Source: Candidatus Woesearchaeota archaeon (GTDB lineage: Archaea; Nanobdellota; Nanobdellia; Pacearchaeales; GW2011-AR1). From it: 64,000 nucleotides of DNA. Position numbers and translations under genes: made by a program. The stretch covers positions 256,661-320,660 of the forward strand of contig CAZNJU010000001.1 of assembly GCA_964573625.1 (NCBI GenBank), written 5' to 3'. Below the pieces are notes generated by a model. The model saw nothing but the letters and a program-made list of their open reading frames with translations, did not search any database and was not told the DNA's origin. The stretch's first letter is position 1, and every line of letters starts with the position of its first letter. This document shows, piece after piece, positions 19,549 through 30,144 of this stretch.

Positions 19549-22500
19549 AACCAACGTTTCAAAGCTTCTTGTTTTTCTTTCTCTTTTCCAAAAATTCCTT
19601 GAATGTCTTTTTCAGTTATCTCAAGACATTCAAGCAAATAAGGGCTTACATTGTACGTTCTAGCTAGATTAAGTGCCGAGGCAAGATACTTGATAATGCT
19701 TCCTTCAGAAATAGTGAAAATAAGTTTTCCGCCACATGCTGAACATTTGCCTGATAGAGGCACTCTTCTAAAGCTCTCATTGCATTCAACACATCTGAAC
19801 GCCTGCATAGAGAACTTTCTAAGGTTACCCCTGATATCTCTCATAAAATGTCTTTCAATAGTTAAACGTGCAACGTCTGTTAAGTCAACAGCACGTATCT
19901 TACTACATAACCTCATTTGAGAGTTGACTTTGTCTTGCATAGTCGGAAGCGTTTTGTAACTTGAACAAAGAGGTCCTCCGTTGATATTACTCACCTCATA
20001 AAAGTAATTAACATTATCAAACTCGTGCTCTCCTCCGATTCTGCCTCTAATTTGTTCCATTTTGAGAGTCATAGGGCTTTGCTCAAGTTCCGCAGCTTCA
20101 TAGAGTGCTAGTGGAACCGTCTTACTTACATCTAGGTCAAAAATCATATCATCTACTTCTCCTGCGCGCATACGTGTGTTAAGAACGAGCGGTGCATCTT
20201 GAGTTCCACCTCTGTGCGAAGGTAAGAATTTACGTGAAAAATTGATAAGTAGATCCATAAGAAGCATTACGGCAGCTTCATCACCATCGCAGTCTCGACG
20301 CATAGCTGCATGGATATAAGGTGAGGCGAGAAGAGCCTGTACTTTTGAAAATCCTATGATTCTTCCAACTACTGCTGCACAATTATGAGGTGCTATGCAT
20401 CCTAAAAGTTGTCCAACAAGATCTTCTTTTTTTGCAAGGTTAAAGAATCTAGGCAAATTATAAAGTCTGTCAAGTTCGTCATCAACGAATTTAGTGATAT
20501 TTAGAAAAACTGTATCTGCTCGCTCATCCGGGCTTTCGGGACAAGCTGGTAAAATTATATCGTGTGGAAATATTTCAAGAACTTGATTATCATTCTCCAG
20601 AGGTTTACCATTCACGTCTTTTTCATAACCCATTTTGAGTAATGTTTCAACCGACGTACCCACTTCTTTTGGTTTAAAATGAGTTATGGGCATTTCAGTC
20701 ATATCATACCTAATAGTTCCATCTTTGTTAACATGCAAATTATACTTTGCACGAAGCAATCCCTTGCCTAGATGCTCACAACTATGGTCTGCACTAGATG
20801 TTCCTCGAACGCCTTTTACTGCAGCAGGTATTTCCTCAATTCGAACCCCTGTAAGTTGCTTAGCTTTTTCAAAAAACGTCTTGATATCTACTCGCTGTTT
20901 AGAAAAGGGAAGACCCTTATTATGTTCGATACATACACTATCGTAAAGTCTATCACATTGAGGACAATAAAGTTTTTTCTTACAAGTCTCATGACACTGA
21001 TCACACACAGGATAAATTTTCTGCACATTACAAGTAGTACAGTGATAAAGAGGAAAGTCGCTACGTACTGTTCCAACTTCAACAGCTGCTTGAACGCTTC
21101 GTAATCTTCCGCCTTCAGTTCCAACTGGAAAGAGTACATGCGGGCTTCCTGTAAGTTTGCGTAGCTTAGCTTTTTCAGGACGACCCATACGTGCCCCGAT
21201 GAAAGTGCCTGCTTTATCTTTGATAGGTATTGACGACAGAGCGTTTATGATACTTAGCACATCGACTTCGGCAGGTATTTGAGAAATAAGTTTCTCAAAA
21301 GATTGTTCAAGGGAGTCATAAGTGGTGATTCCTAAATTAAAAAGGAGGGCTCGTGCAGATACCTCAGAAATAATTACATTTTCTAAAGATACTTCATGTG
21401 GACATCCTATAAGCTCCAAAACACGCTTACCTCGTGCAAAACGCTCGCGATCTACTTTGGTAAATGGAAGTACAAATCGAGAAGTGTATGTACCTCTTGA
21501 TATCCAGTCTATTAAAGCCATAAAATCGTCACGATCAATTTGACTCCAATAAAAAGTGTAAGACGGATGAAGGGCTATAGAATACTTCTTGGAAAGCTCG
21601 ATAGAGTTGTCCAATGAAGGCACTAGCTCGGAAGTGCCTCCTGCCTTAATGAGTTGTTCTAACCAATACTGCTCAACATATCCCGGTTTATCGAGTAAAT
21701 GATTTCGATTTCGATAGTCGCCATAAGGTACAAGTATGTCTCCTAAATAGATTATTTCAGCAAGCTCTGGGGCAAATTGCTTTGCTTGATCTGAGGTAGA
21801 CACATAGTGGACGCTTCCATCCAAAAGCTTGATAATTGGTCCATCAATACTGTCGCACACAGCAATAGTACACCCTTTAGTAGGTTTTTCTATTTTAAGT
21901 TGCGTTCCTACGGCAATGAAATTATCTGAAAGGACCATTGTAGCGGGATGGACTGCTAGAGTCGAGTAACCTGTATTACGAGCCCTTCCATATCGAAGCC
22001 TAAACGCTCCAGAATAGCTTGGATGTGCAAAAACAGGTCTCCCCGCAACGAGATCTTTGATATATGTTGCACTGGCGCCCGCTCCAACGGCTTTATTTTC
22101 TTTAATTTTCTTTTGCATTGCAACAAATCCCTCAAGCCAACCCCAGTCGCTCAGCAAAAATCCTTTTTCCTTAAGTTTAATCACTCGTGCAAGGATTTTA
22201 GGAGCTTTCTGTGCAATACCTTCTCCCATGACCAAGGCAAATCCGCTTCGAATATAGTTCGTTTCTATACGTGGAAGATCCTTGTAATTGTAAACCTCTC
22301 TATCTTCACTAGGGTCTCCGGTTAACTGAACAGGTAAGTATTTCATAAGTTCTTCTATTTCCTGTTCACTTGGCAAATATTGAAGATTGTTTATACGTTC
22401 ATGATATTCATAACATTCATGAATTCCTCGCTTCACTTCTTCCTGAGTAGGGTCATAACGAGCATATCCGAAGATTTCACGCAAATGATCAATGATTACT

Positions 22501-22985
22501 AACGAAAAAGCGGCTTCCGTTCCCCCGGCAGAACGAATCGGTCCCGAGAAGTAAGGTGCGAAGTAATCTTTTCCATCCATAGTTTTCTTAAGTTTAAGTT
22601 GAACAAAACCTTCAATAGGTGATGAAACCACTCCAAGAGTGAGATAAGCAATAGCTATACGTATTCCTGCCTCAATAGCTTCGAGATGACTTGCAAATTT
22701 ACAGTAAGTTTCCTTTGCAACTTCTTCCGCGACACGTAAAGCAACCGCAGGGTCAAGACTTCCGTATTGCTTCTCTAAATCTAGGATTCTTTTAACAAGT
22801 CGCGGATCAGCTATCTGAGGATATACTGCAGAAATAAGTCCTACTGCTCTTTCAGCAAGAGAAGTCGCCTGTGGAACTTCAATAGAAGAAACTGGATCTA
22901 TTCCTCTCTGTCTTGCCTGTTCAGCTAGAGCGTAACAACTTTTTACATTTTCGTTAAGAGATTCAAAATATTGGTTGATGTTCAT
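19545..22985 (-). CDS. polC: DNA polymerase II (PolD) large subunit DP2
   Basis: 1146 aa. The N-terminus aligns with archaeal DP2 (…RQRGIDPVSSIEVPQATSLAERA) and there are several Cys4 clusters (CTTCN…CDQC, CPQCD). No intein is apparent. Confidence 0.85.
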   Translation of the reverse strand: MNINQYFESLNENVKSCYALAEQARQRGIDPVSSIEVPQATSLAERAVGLISAVYPQIADPRLVKRILDLEKQYGSLDPAVALRVAEEVAKETYCKFASHLEAIEAGIRIAIAYLTLGVVSSPIEGFVQLKLKKTMDGKDYFAPYFSGPIRSAGGTEAAFSLVIIDHLREIFGYARYDPTQEEVKRGIHECYEYHERINNLQYLPSEQEIEELMKYLPVQLTGDPSEDREVYNYKDLPRIETNYIRSGFALVMGEGIAQKAPKILARVIKLKEKGFLLSDWGWLEGFVAMQKKIKENKAVGAGASATYIKDLVAGRPVFAHPSYSGAFRLRYGRARNTGYSTLAVHPATMVLSDNFIAVGTQLKIEKPTKGCTIAVCDSIDGPIIKLLDGSVHYVSTSDQAKQFAPELAEIIYLGDILVPYGDYRNRNHLLDKPGYVEQYWLEQLIKAGGTSELVPSLDNSIELSKKYSIALHPSYTFYWSQIDRDDFMALIDWISRGTYTSRFVLPFTKVDRERFARGKRVLELIGCPHEVSLENVIISEVSARALLFNLGITTYDSLEQSFEKLISQIPAEVDVLSIINALSSIPIKDKAGTFIGARMGRPEKAKLRKLTGSPHVLFPVGTEGGRLRSVQAAVEVGTVRSDFPLYHCTTCNVQKIYPVCDQCHETCKKKLYCPQCDRLYDSVCIEHNKGLPFSKQRVDIKTFFEKAKQLTGVRIEEIPAAVKGVRGTSSADHSCEHLGKGLLRAKYNLHVNKDGTIRYDMTEMPITHFKPKEVGTSVETLLKMGYEKDVNGKPLENDNQVLEIFPHDIILPACPESPDERADTVFLNITKFVDDELDRLYNLPRFFNLAKKEDLVGQLLGCIAPHNCAAVVGRIIGFSKVQALLASPYIHAAMRRDCDGDEAAVMLLMDLLINFSRKFLPSHRGGTQDAPLVLNTRMRAGEVDDMIFDLDVSKTVPLALYEAAELEQSPMTLKMEQIRGRIGGEHEFDNVNYFYEVSNINGGPLCSSYKTLPTMQDKVNSQMRLCSKIRAVDLTDVARLTIERHFMRDIRGNLRKFSMQAFRCVECNESFRRVPLSGKCSACGGKLIFTISEGSIIKYLASALNLARTYNVSPYLLECLEITEKDIQGIFGKEKEKQEALKRWF

Positions 22986-24526
22986 TGTGTAAAATCAAGA
23001 ACTTTAAGTTCGCGAGTCTTGACGTTGAACAAAGGAACTTTACAGGGATCAGGCACATTTCCAACCTTTTCTTCGAACTCTGTTTGAGCTTGCCAGCAAC
23101 TTCCCGTTATAATAATGGTCCCATTATAATTTTCGATATCTAGTCTGTGTACCTCTCCTGTGCATAAAACATCAGGTACTTCAGAAATAACAAGAGGATC
23201 ATGTTGAGCATTAGGAACATATACAATACTGGGACTAACTCCGTGTGTTGGAGCAAGATGTCTACGCTTAAGCATGTGTTTTACAGCTCGAGCCGGGCAG
23301 CGATGTGCTTTAGCAGCGCGTAGTTCATCAATTTCATTAATAAATGCATGAATGCTTGCTCCGTGATACATGAGTACTTTGAATTCTTTATCGCCTTCAG
23401 TAAGTTTAATCATTGAAGGATTCGAAACAAGAAAAAGATTAGGGAAAGCATAGAGCGCCTCTCCGTAAAAAGAATCAATCATTGGTTGAGGTTCAGCAAC
23501 ACGAACGGAATCGTGTTGTCCAGGACACATAAACATGGTTATATGTGGAGGCACCTGTTTAATATATGAAGCAAGCTTCGCGTATTGTTCTTTCAAACTC
23601 TTAAGGTTGAGCAGTCTTTCTTGTCCAGGAAAAACACCCACTCCATCTACATTATCTCCTACAAAAAAAATGTAACGTATAGACTTGGCAAGTTCATTTC
23701 CGCTATTGAGCCAATCAAGGAAGCGTTGAAATTCTGTTCCCAAATGCTTTTGGCTACCAACGTGTACATCTGAAACAAAGGCGATAGAATAATCTTCATC
23801 GAATCTTACTTTTTCCTTAAACGAATCAGGAAAAACAATATCGTGTACAAAAACAATTTCTCTGTTTCCAGAACCCTTTACAAGAACCACATCATCTAAT
23901 TGTAATTCACTTGCTTTTGAAAAACAGTCTGCATTTTGTTTGATAAGGGCCTTAACGCTCCCTGTTAAATCCTCAAAAGTAATTATTATATTTTTGTTGG
24001 GAGTTGTTCTTTTATCTGTAACAATTCCAATAAAGGAAAATCGTTGCCTATCTCCCGCAATTTTATTTAAGGATACTAAATTTTGTAAATCCCCTCGTTG
24101 CATAAGAATGCGTTGTAATTGTTGATAACGAGATCTAAAGTGTCCTACAAAATCAGCAATTTCTATCTTTTTATGGTTCTTGGTGTCAGTATAATATATT
24201 TGAAAGGGTAAATTTTCCTTCTTATCTTGACTGATCGGTGCAACAGAAGTTGATTTTTGAATTTCAACAGTAATTCCCATTTTGATAAAAACCGTTTCAA
24301 CTTGTTGCTTCATTTCTCCAGGCAAGCTTTTAACAACGTTTAGAACATATTCTGCATTCTTTGTCAAACTAGATGAAGTAATCATCTTCTGTCCCGAGAC
24401 TTTTTCCAAATTGTTTAAGAGATTCTTCGCAATCTCTGCGTCTGAAAAAGAGGTAAGTAAATCAAACAGATCTTTCTCTAAGAATAATCCTCTCTGTCTA
24501 ATAAATGCAATCGTGTCTTGATTCAT
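22982..24526 (-). CDS. polB: DNA polymerase II (PolD) small subunit DP1 (calcineurin-like phosphoesterase)
   Basis: Mre11-like metallophosphatase motifs (DVHVGS, GDNVDGVG, GQHD) and an N-terminal OB domain. Its stop overlaps the start of DP2. Confidence 0.85.
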   Translation of the reverse strand: MNQDTIAFIRQRGLFLEKDLFDLLTSFSDAEIAKNLLNNLEKVSGQKMITSSSLTKNAEYVLNVVKSLPGEMKQQVETVFIKMGITVEIQKSTSVAPISQDKKENLPFQIYYTDTKNHKKIEIADFVGHFRSRYQQLQRILMQRGDLQNLVSLNKIAGDRQRFSFIGIVTDKRTTPNKNIIITFEDLTGSVKALIKQNADCFSKASELQLDDVVLVKGSGNREIVFVHDIVFPDSFKEKVRFDEDYSIAFVSDVHVGSQKHLGTEFQRFLDWLNSGNELAKSIRYIFFVGDNVDGVGVFPGQERLLNLKSLKEQYAKLASYIKQVPPHITMFMCPGQHDSVRVAEPQPMIDSFYGEALYAFPNLFLVSNPSMIKLTEGDKEFKVLMYHGASIHAFINEIDELRAAKAHRCPARAVKHMLKRRHLAPTHGVSPSIVYVPNAQHDPLVISEVPDVLCTGEVHRLDIENYNGTIIITGSCWQAQTEFEEKVGNVPDPCKVPLFNVKTRELKVLDFTQ

Positions 24527-25728
24527 AGGTCTAAAGAAGTCCTCAAAATCTCCTTTGATTTTGCCATAAGAGGGGTTGGAATCATGAGTTTGATTTCTCT
24601 TGTTCTACCCTGCCTTCCTTTACTTACTACTTGCGCATTAATTATTCCTAACATATCGAATTCTGCCAATATATCTGAAACGCGCCGCTGTGTTAATACT
24701 TCATTTCGTGTACGTTCACAAACCTCTTGATATTTATTATAAATATCTCCTGTGTATAGTCTGTTTTCTCCTGCTGATTCGGTAAGTTGAATAATTGAAA
24801 AGAGTACGAGTTGAAACTGCTTAGGTTCATTCTCAATAATATCCAACATTTTATCACGCTCTATTTTTTTATTAGCCTCATCTATATGTTTCAATCCTAC
24901 TACTGCGCTATTTTCCCTATCGGCAAGCTCTCCAGCAACTCGTAACAAGTCAAGCGCCCTACGAGCATCTCCATGTTCACGAGCAGCAAACGCAGCGCAT
25001 TTAGATATAACTCCTTCTTCAAGAACACCCTCTGTAAATGCCTGTAAAGCTCGTTCCTTCAGTATATCTTGTAACTGTAAAGCATTATAGGGTGGAAAAA
25101 CAAGCTCTTCTTCTCCTAATGAACTGCGAACCCTAGGATCTAGTTCATCCATAAAAGTAAGACTATTACTTATACCTACTATACTAATTTGAGCATTCTT
25201 TAGTTCGGAATTGAGACGTGTTAAGGTATAAAGAAAACTGTCTGATATTTTTTTAACAGCTTGATCTATTTCGTCAAGTACTATAAGAACAATCTGCTTT
25301 CTATTATCAATAAGTTCTACAAATTTATTATAAACACTATCTGTAGGAAGTCCTGTCGCGGGAACGCTTCCTCCTAAATTATGAATAAGTTCTGCTAAAA
25401 TACGATATTCCGTGTCTGCTACTTTCTTTAACTTACAATTTACGTAAACTACTTTTAAAGATTGGCCACCGCTGTCTTTGACCCTCTTAGTGAGTTCGTT
25501 ACTTACGTACTGTACAGATAAAGTCTTACCTGTGCCTGTTTTACCATAAACGAATAAATTACTTACCCGTTCTGTTCTAAGTGCTGGAGCAAGAATAGAA
25601 GCTACTAATTCAATTTGATCATCTCTATGTGGAATCGTTTCAGGGGTGTAATTTATTTGTAAAACACTCTTATTTTTGAACAAACTCTTGCCCGCAACAG
25701 AATCAAATATTTTTCCAAGTTCTGGCAT
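24523..25728 (-). CDS. cdc6: Orc1/Cdc6 replication initiator
   Basis: AAA+ Walker A YGKTGTGKT, Walker B VLDEID and a C-terminal winged-helix domain. It is the first gene of the cdc6-polD operon, directly beside the AT-rich region. Confidence 0.85.
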   Translation of the reverse strand: MPELGKIFDSVAGKSLFKNKSVLQINYTPETIPHRDDQIELVASILAPALRTERVSNLFVYGKTGTGKTLSVQYVSNELTKRVKDSGGQSLKVVYVNCKLKKVADTEYRILAELIHNLGGSVPATGLPTDSVYNKFVELIDNRKQIVLIVLDEIDQAVKKISDSFLYTLTRLNSELKNAQISIVGISNSLTFMDELDPRVRSSLGEEELVFPPYNALQLQDILKERALQAFTEGVLEEGVISKCAAFAAREHGDARRALDLLRVAGELADRENSAVVGLKHIDEANKKIERDKMLDIIENEPKQFQLVLFSIIQLTESAGENRLYTGDIYNKYQEVCERTRNEVLTQRRVSDILAEFDMLGIINAQVVSKGRQGRTREIKLMIPTPLMAKSKEILRTSLDL

Positions 25729-26088
25729 GATACACCTCTTTCTGAAAGAGTATCCATTAGATTATAAACTTATTGTCACTGAAACCTCTATTTCCTATGG
25801 AAATAGCTCTAATTTCATACTTTATAAAAAAGGAGACTGACACCAACGTTTCCACTGGAAAATAATAAAAATAAAAATAAAAATATATCTATTATATACT
25901 ATATTATATATATTATAATATATAAATATTTAAAAGTAAAAAATAGAAAAAAAGAAAAGTAAATTTGTTTTTAAATCTTAGTATATATTCCATACGAAAT
26001 CATGGGGTGAGGGTGTTGTATATGAATAATCGTATAGCTATTAACAATTATACAAAACTTTAAATACCTCCTCCGCTGTTTTTCTAGA
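25729..26088. other. putative chromosomal replication origin (oriC): ORB-like dyads + AT-rich DUE + G-string ORB
   Basis: The dyads TTTCCtatGGAAA (25791-25805) and TTTCCACTGGAAA (25849-25862) match the Pyrococcus/Sulfolobus mini-ORB core TTCCAGTGGAAA. They are followed by about 120 bp of almost pure A/T (25860-25985). After that comes TTCCAtacGAAAtcatGGGGTGAGGGTG (25989-26016), a degenerate dyad plus a G-string as in full ORB elements. The region is adjacent to cdc6. Confidence 0.6.
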
Positions 26089-26349
26089 ATGGCATTAGAA
26101 AAGAGACCACTTAAGCATGTTCTTGGTAAACTCGTAGTTACTAAAGAAGGTAAGCGTTTAGGTCTTGTAAAAGACGTTACATTTGAAACAAGAACAGGAG
26201 AACTGCTTCAATTACTCTTAAAAGATGCAACGATATATACTAAAAACCTGAATTTAGAGGTTTCTCAGGATAAAGACACAGTAGTTCCTTATAATTCTAT
26301 TATTGCAATAGGCGATTTCGTGGTTGTTTCTGAAGAAGATCTTACATAA
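26089..26349 (+). CDS. PRC-barrel domain protein
   Basis: Reads LGKLVVTKEGKRLGLVKDVTFETRTGELLQLLL and is 86 aa long. Confidence 0.5.
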   Translation: MALEKRPLKHVLGKLVVTKEGKRLGLVKDVTFETRTGELLQLLLKDATIYTKNLNLEVSQDKDTVVPYNSIIAIGDFVVVSEEDLT

Positions 26350-26356
26350 TAATACT

Positions 26357-26779
26357 ATGAAAATAATTGGATTTAATTACACTAAAATTAGTGCTGAAAA
26401 GGCTCATAGAGTTGTGAATGCAACAGTTAACACCAATATCGAATTTTTGAATGTTGAAAAAGAATCTATGAATCTCTTAAAAGACGCAGAGCCCTTAAAA
26501 ATAACTTTCAAATACAACTTAACCTACGAAGGAAAAGAAAAAAAGCCAGAAAAACAAGGTGAAATTATGTTCGAAGGATATATTATTATAGCCGCAACAA
26601 AAGACGAAGTTAAAAATATAAATAAGGCATGGAAAAATAAAGAATTTCCAATTAGTTTGAAAATTCCACTTTTTAATATTATATTAAAGAAATGTACTCC
26701 AAAAGCAATCTACTTACAAGACGAAATAAGCCTTCCGTCGCATGTTCCAGTCCCTCGTTTATCTCCTAAACAGGAATAA
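26357..26779 (+). CDS. hypothetical protein
   Basis: The start is trimmed to the Met of MKIIGFNYTKIS to avoid overlap with the upstream gene. There are no recognisable motifs. Confidence 0.3.
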   Translation: MKIIGFNYTKISAEKAHRVVNATVNTNIEFLNVEKESMNLLKDAEPLKITFKYNLTYEGKEKKPEKQGEIMFEGYIIIAATKDEVKNINKAWKNKEFPISLKIPLFNIILKKCTPKAIYLQDEISLPSHVPVPRLSPKQE

Positions 26780-26781
26780 TT

Positions 26782-27477
26782 CTAAATTCGTTCAAGAGGC
26801 CCAAAATCTAAGGCCTGCCCATCATCGCTAACAACTATTGCTCTAAACTTTCCAAAAGCAAAATTCCACGGATTACGCACAGGTTGTTCTCTAACATCAC
26901 TTCCCTCACTACCAGGAAAAAAACTTGGAACAATAATAATTTTTTTCTTTTTGTACGTCCCCTGAAGAAAACACTTATATTTTTCTATTTTGGAACCATC
27001 TATGAATGTAATGGCAGGGTGAAAATGACCCAATACCCATGTTTTTACGGAATCATCATATAATGCTGGAAAGTCTCGGTCGCCGTGCATAAATATGTAA
27101 TCTTCCCAAGTATAATAATCTACAAGAGTAACTGAAAGTTCTCGCACAAGTGGCTCAAGTAATGCATCGTGGTTTCCTTTAACAATCACCACTTTCTTAG
27201 CTCGTTTACCACATATTGTAAGCAGTTTGGTTATCTCTTGTCGTTCTTCCCATAAAATTGTTCCAATAGCATGCTTCAAATCCCCTAAAATAACGATTGT
27301 ATCAATAAAATCAACACGTTTCAATACATCTTCCAATTCAGTTACAATATTTTCATAAATTTTAGTAGGAATCATAAACCCAGACTTCCAGAGCGCCTCA
27401 TTATATCCTAAGTGAAGATCCCCAATTACCAATACTTTCTTATCTAACAATAACGTCTTTCCAATAAATTCAATCAT
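26782..27477 (-). CDS. metallophosphoesterase (MPE), calcineurin-like
   Basis: Motifs LVIGDLHLG, GDL, GNHD and GHFH. Its start overlaps the stop of the Lhr-like helicase gene. Confidence 0.7.
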   Translation of the reverse strand: MIEFIGKTLLLDKKVLVIGDLHLGYNEALWKSGFMIPTKIYENIVTELEDVLKRVDFIDTIVILGDLKHAIGTILWEERQEITKLLTICGKRAKKVVIVKGNHDALLEPLVRELSVTLVDYYTWEDYIFMHGDRDFPALYDDSVKTWVLGHFHPAITFIDGSKIEKYKCFLQGTYKKKKIIIVPSFFPGSEGSDVREQPVRNPWNFAFGKFRAIVVSDDGQALDFGPLERI

Positions 27478-30098
27478 TTTTTATCAATTACTTTTAACTG
27501 CAATTGATGCATTCTCTTGAGGAAATTAGCACGATCTTCCATACTAATAAGATCAGTGTGACTCTGTAATAATAAGGTTAATCCAAAGGGAGAAACCATT
27601 GGAACACGCATAGTTTTTACAGATACTCTCTTTCGTTCAATCCACTCAAGAACAACTTTTGCTTGAGGAACATCCATAAGATCTTCAAATACTTCTCTTC
27701 GAGCCTCTTGCAAAATAGGAAATTCATCGCTCAGTTGCTTAACGCTTGTTAGCAGAAAACTCGAATGAACCTGCTGTTTTCCAACCGATTTCGATCTACC
27801 TTTGTAATTTCTCAAAATCATAAGGCTTCGAGAGGCACAATGTCTAAATCGTCTCTTCAAAACGTCCGTCTTTTCAATAGCTTCTTTCACAATAAGTTCA
27901 ACATTCTTAGACGTCACATATTCAATTATCTTTTTTTCATCGAGTTTTTCAGCACTAATAAAGAAACCATTATCATTAATTCCTAACTCAACGTCACGAT
28001 GTCTAAGACGTGCAGCGGCAAAGGCATATGCACGTGACAGAACATCATTAACACGTCTTCCATACATAGAATGAAAGAAAAGATATTCTTTATCAGAAAC
28101 AAATTTTTCAACTAACAGTGTTTGAGAATCCGGAATCATGGAAAACTGGTGCTGTTCAAGCATGTACTGATAAATCGTATGAGCTATTTCCGGAGAACAT
28201 TCAAGGTATTCTTCCAAGAAAGCAAGACTCTCCTTTCGATTATCTATTCTTTCACGTACAAGTCCGCGCAATCTCCCAATGTCACATGCTAACTCAAAAG
28301 TAAGAGGTAATTGTTCTGAAAACCAGCTTGGAACAGTTGGCTGTCGCGAAACATCTGCTTGCACGTAAGCTTTCATTCCACGTGAAAACAAGTATTGATA
28401 CTTGGCTCCACCCAATACAAATACGTCCCCACGTTTCAAACGCTCAAGAAACGCCTCATCTATTGAACCAACCCCCTCACCTCTTCGACCACCCTTACCA
28501 ATGACGACTTCCACATACCCTTCTTCAGGAATAGTTCCAATATTAGTCATATAAATAATGCGTGCAAGTTTTCCTTTCTTTCCAATGTCTCCTGTCTTAG
28601 CGTCATACCATATCTTAGCATATACATGTCTATGTTCAAGGGCATAATCTCCTGCCAAATAGCTAACAATCGAGAAAAACGCCTCTCGACTTAAGTTTCG
28701 ATAGCAGTAACTCTTACGAATTACTTTAAGCATAGCATCAGCATTCCATACACGTTGAATAGCCATCCCAAATATATGTTGTGAAAGCACATCAAGCGCA
28801 TTTTGAGGTATAGTAATCGTGTCAATCTTCTTATCTCGCATGTTTTTCATAAGAGCAGCACATTCAACCAGATCGTCACGATCAAGAACGATAAACCGGC
28901 CTTTCGGATTCTCATGAAGTTTATGTCCTGCACGCCCAATACGTTGTAAAGCTCGCGCAACACCCTTAGGCGAACGCAACAACACAACAAGGTCGATACT
29001 CCCAATGTCTATACCTAATTCTAAGCTAGTCGAACTAACAACTACCTTCAATTCACCCTTTCTCAATCGTTCTTCTATCTCAAATCTTCGAGCTTTATTC
29101 ATTGAGCTATGATGTGCCCCTATCAAGCCCGTGTATTTTCCAGGGAAATGCAAGTCAAGGTAGTGAATTATCTTTTCAGTAGCATTTCGAGTGTTAGTAA
29201 ATATAAGCGTAGTCTTATGTTCCTGAATTAAATCGTGTAAAATATGATACAGTCTTCTCTGTTGTTCGGGGGCATCGGTCTCCAGCAGATCACGCGAGGG
29301 GCTAATAAGTCCAACATCTATTTTTTTTAATAATTTAACTTCTGCAATAAGACACTCACGTTCACTACCCACCAAAAATCGAGCAATTTCATCCAAAGGA
29401 GCAATGGTAGCGCTCAATCCAACCCGCACAGGATCAATTACACTAATCTCTGCAAGTCTTTCAAGCGTCAGTGTCAAGTGTACGCCTCGCTTATTAGCCA
29501 TCGCATGAATCTCATCTACAATAATAAACTCAAGAGCTTGCAAATTTTTACCAAATATAGGAGCACTCAATACAATTGCAAGACTCTCAGGGGTCGTAAT
29601 AAAAATATGAGGTATCTTGCGTGCTTGTTTCGCTCGTTCACCAGGAGTCGTATCTCCTGTTCTCAATCCAACCCGAATCTCTTGCAAGGTAATCTTCTTC
29701 TTCTCAGCTAATTCGGTTATTTCCTTGAGTGGTTGAACCAAATTAACAGCGATATCATTGCTCAAAGCCTTAAGCGGAGAGATGTAAACGGCATAAATCT
29801 TATTTTCAAGCTCATTTTTACTCGCGAGCTCTACCAAATAGTTGATAATAGCCAAAAAAGCAGTCAGCGTCTTAGTTCCTCCGGTAGGTGCACTCACAAG
29901 AATATTTTTTCTATCGTGAATGTACTTAACAGCGTGCAATTGTGTAGGCGAGAACGCTTTGAATTTACCAAAGAACCACTCTCGCACCAACGGATGCAGT
30001 AGCTCTTTAAGCGCCCTTTCATCGGCAGGTTCAACGTAGGATACGAGGTTCTGTTGCATGGTATGAAAAGCTCCGTGAAGAATAACAATCCGAGCCAA
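27474..30098 (-). CDS. lhr: Lhr-family (Lhr-core) ATP-dependent DEAH-box helicase
   Basis: Motif I SAPTGGTKTLTAFL, motif II DEIHAMANKRG and motif VI-like RIGRAGH. A C-terminal domain of about 400 aa as in Lhr-core brings the total to 874 aa. Confidence 0.7.
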   Translation of the reverse strand: MARIVILHGAFHTMQQNLVSYVEPADERALKELLHPLVREWFFGKFKAFSPTQLHAVKYIHDRKNILVSAPTGGTKTLTAFLAIINYLVELASKNELENKIYAVYISPLKALSNDIAVNLVQPLKEITELAEKKKITLQEIRVGLRTGDTTPGERAKQARKIPHIFITTPESLAIVLSAPIFGKNLQALEFIIVDEIHAMANKRGVHLTLTLERLAEISVIDPVRVGLSATIAPLDEIARFLVGSERECLIAEVKLLKKIDVGLISPSRDLLETDAPEQQRRLYHILHDLIQEHKTTLIFTNTRNATEKIIHYLDLHFPGKYTGLIGAHHSSMNKARRFEIEERLRKGELKVVVSSTSLELGIDIGSIDLVVLLRSPKGVARALQRIGRAGHKLHENPKGRFIVLDRDDLVECAALMKNMRDKKIDTITIPQNALDVLSQHIFGMAIQRVWNADAMLKVIRKSYCYRNLSREAFFSIVSYLAGDYALEHRHVYAKIWYDAKTGDIGKKGKLARIIYMTNIGTIPEEGYVEVVIGKGGRRGEGVGSIDEAFLERLKRGDVFVLGGAKYQYLFSRGMKAYVQADVSRQPTVPSWFSEQLPLTFELACDIGRLRGLVRERIDNRKESLAFLEEYLECSPEIAHTIYQYMLEQHQFSMIPDSQTLLVEKFVSDKEYLFFHSMYGRRVNDVLSRAYAFAAARLRHRDVELGINDNGFFISAEKLDEKKIIEYVTSKNVELIVKEAIEKTDVLKRRFRHCASRSLMILRNYKGRSKSVGKQQVHSSFLLTSVKQLSDEFPILQEARREVFEDLMDVPQAKVVLEWIERKRVSVKTMRVPMVSPFGLTLLLQSHTDLISMEDRANFLKRMHQLQLKVIDKK

Positions 30099-30144
30099 CC
30101 TATCGGTTACCCGATCTTTTTAATAGTTTCGGTCAAATTAATTT

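Noticed and set aside
19545-22985. Intein in PolD large subunit
   Set aside because: The 1146-aa length is normal for DP2, and no Hint/LAGLIDADG block interrupts the colinear sequence.
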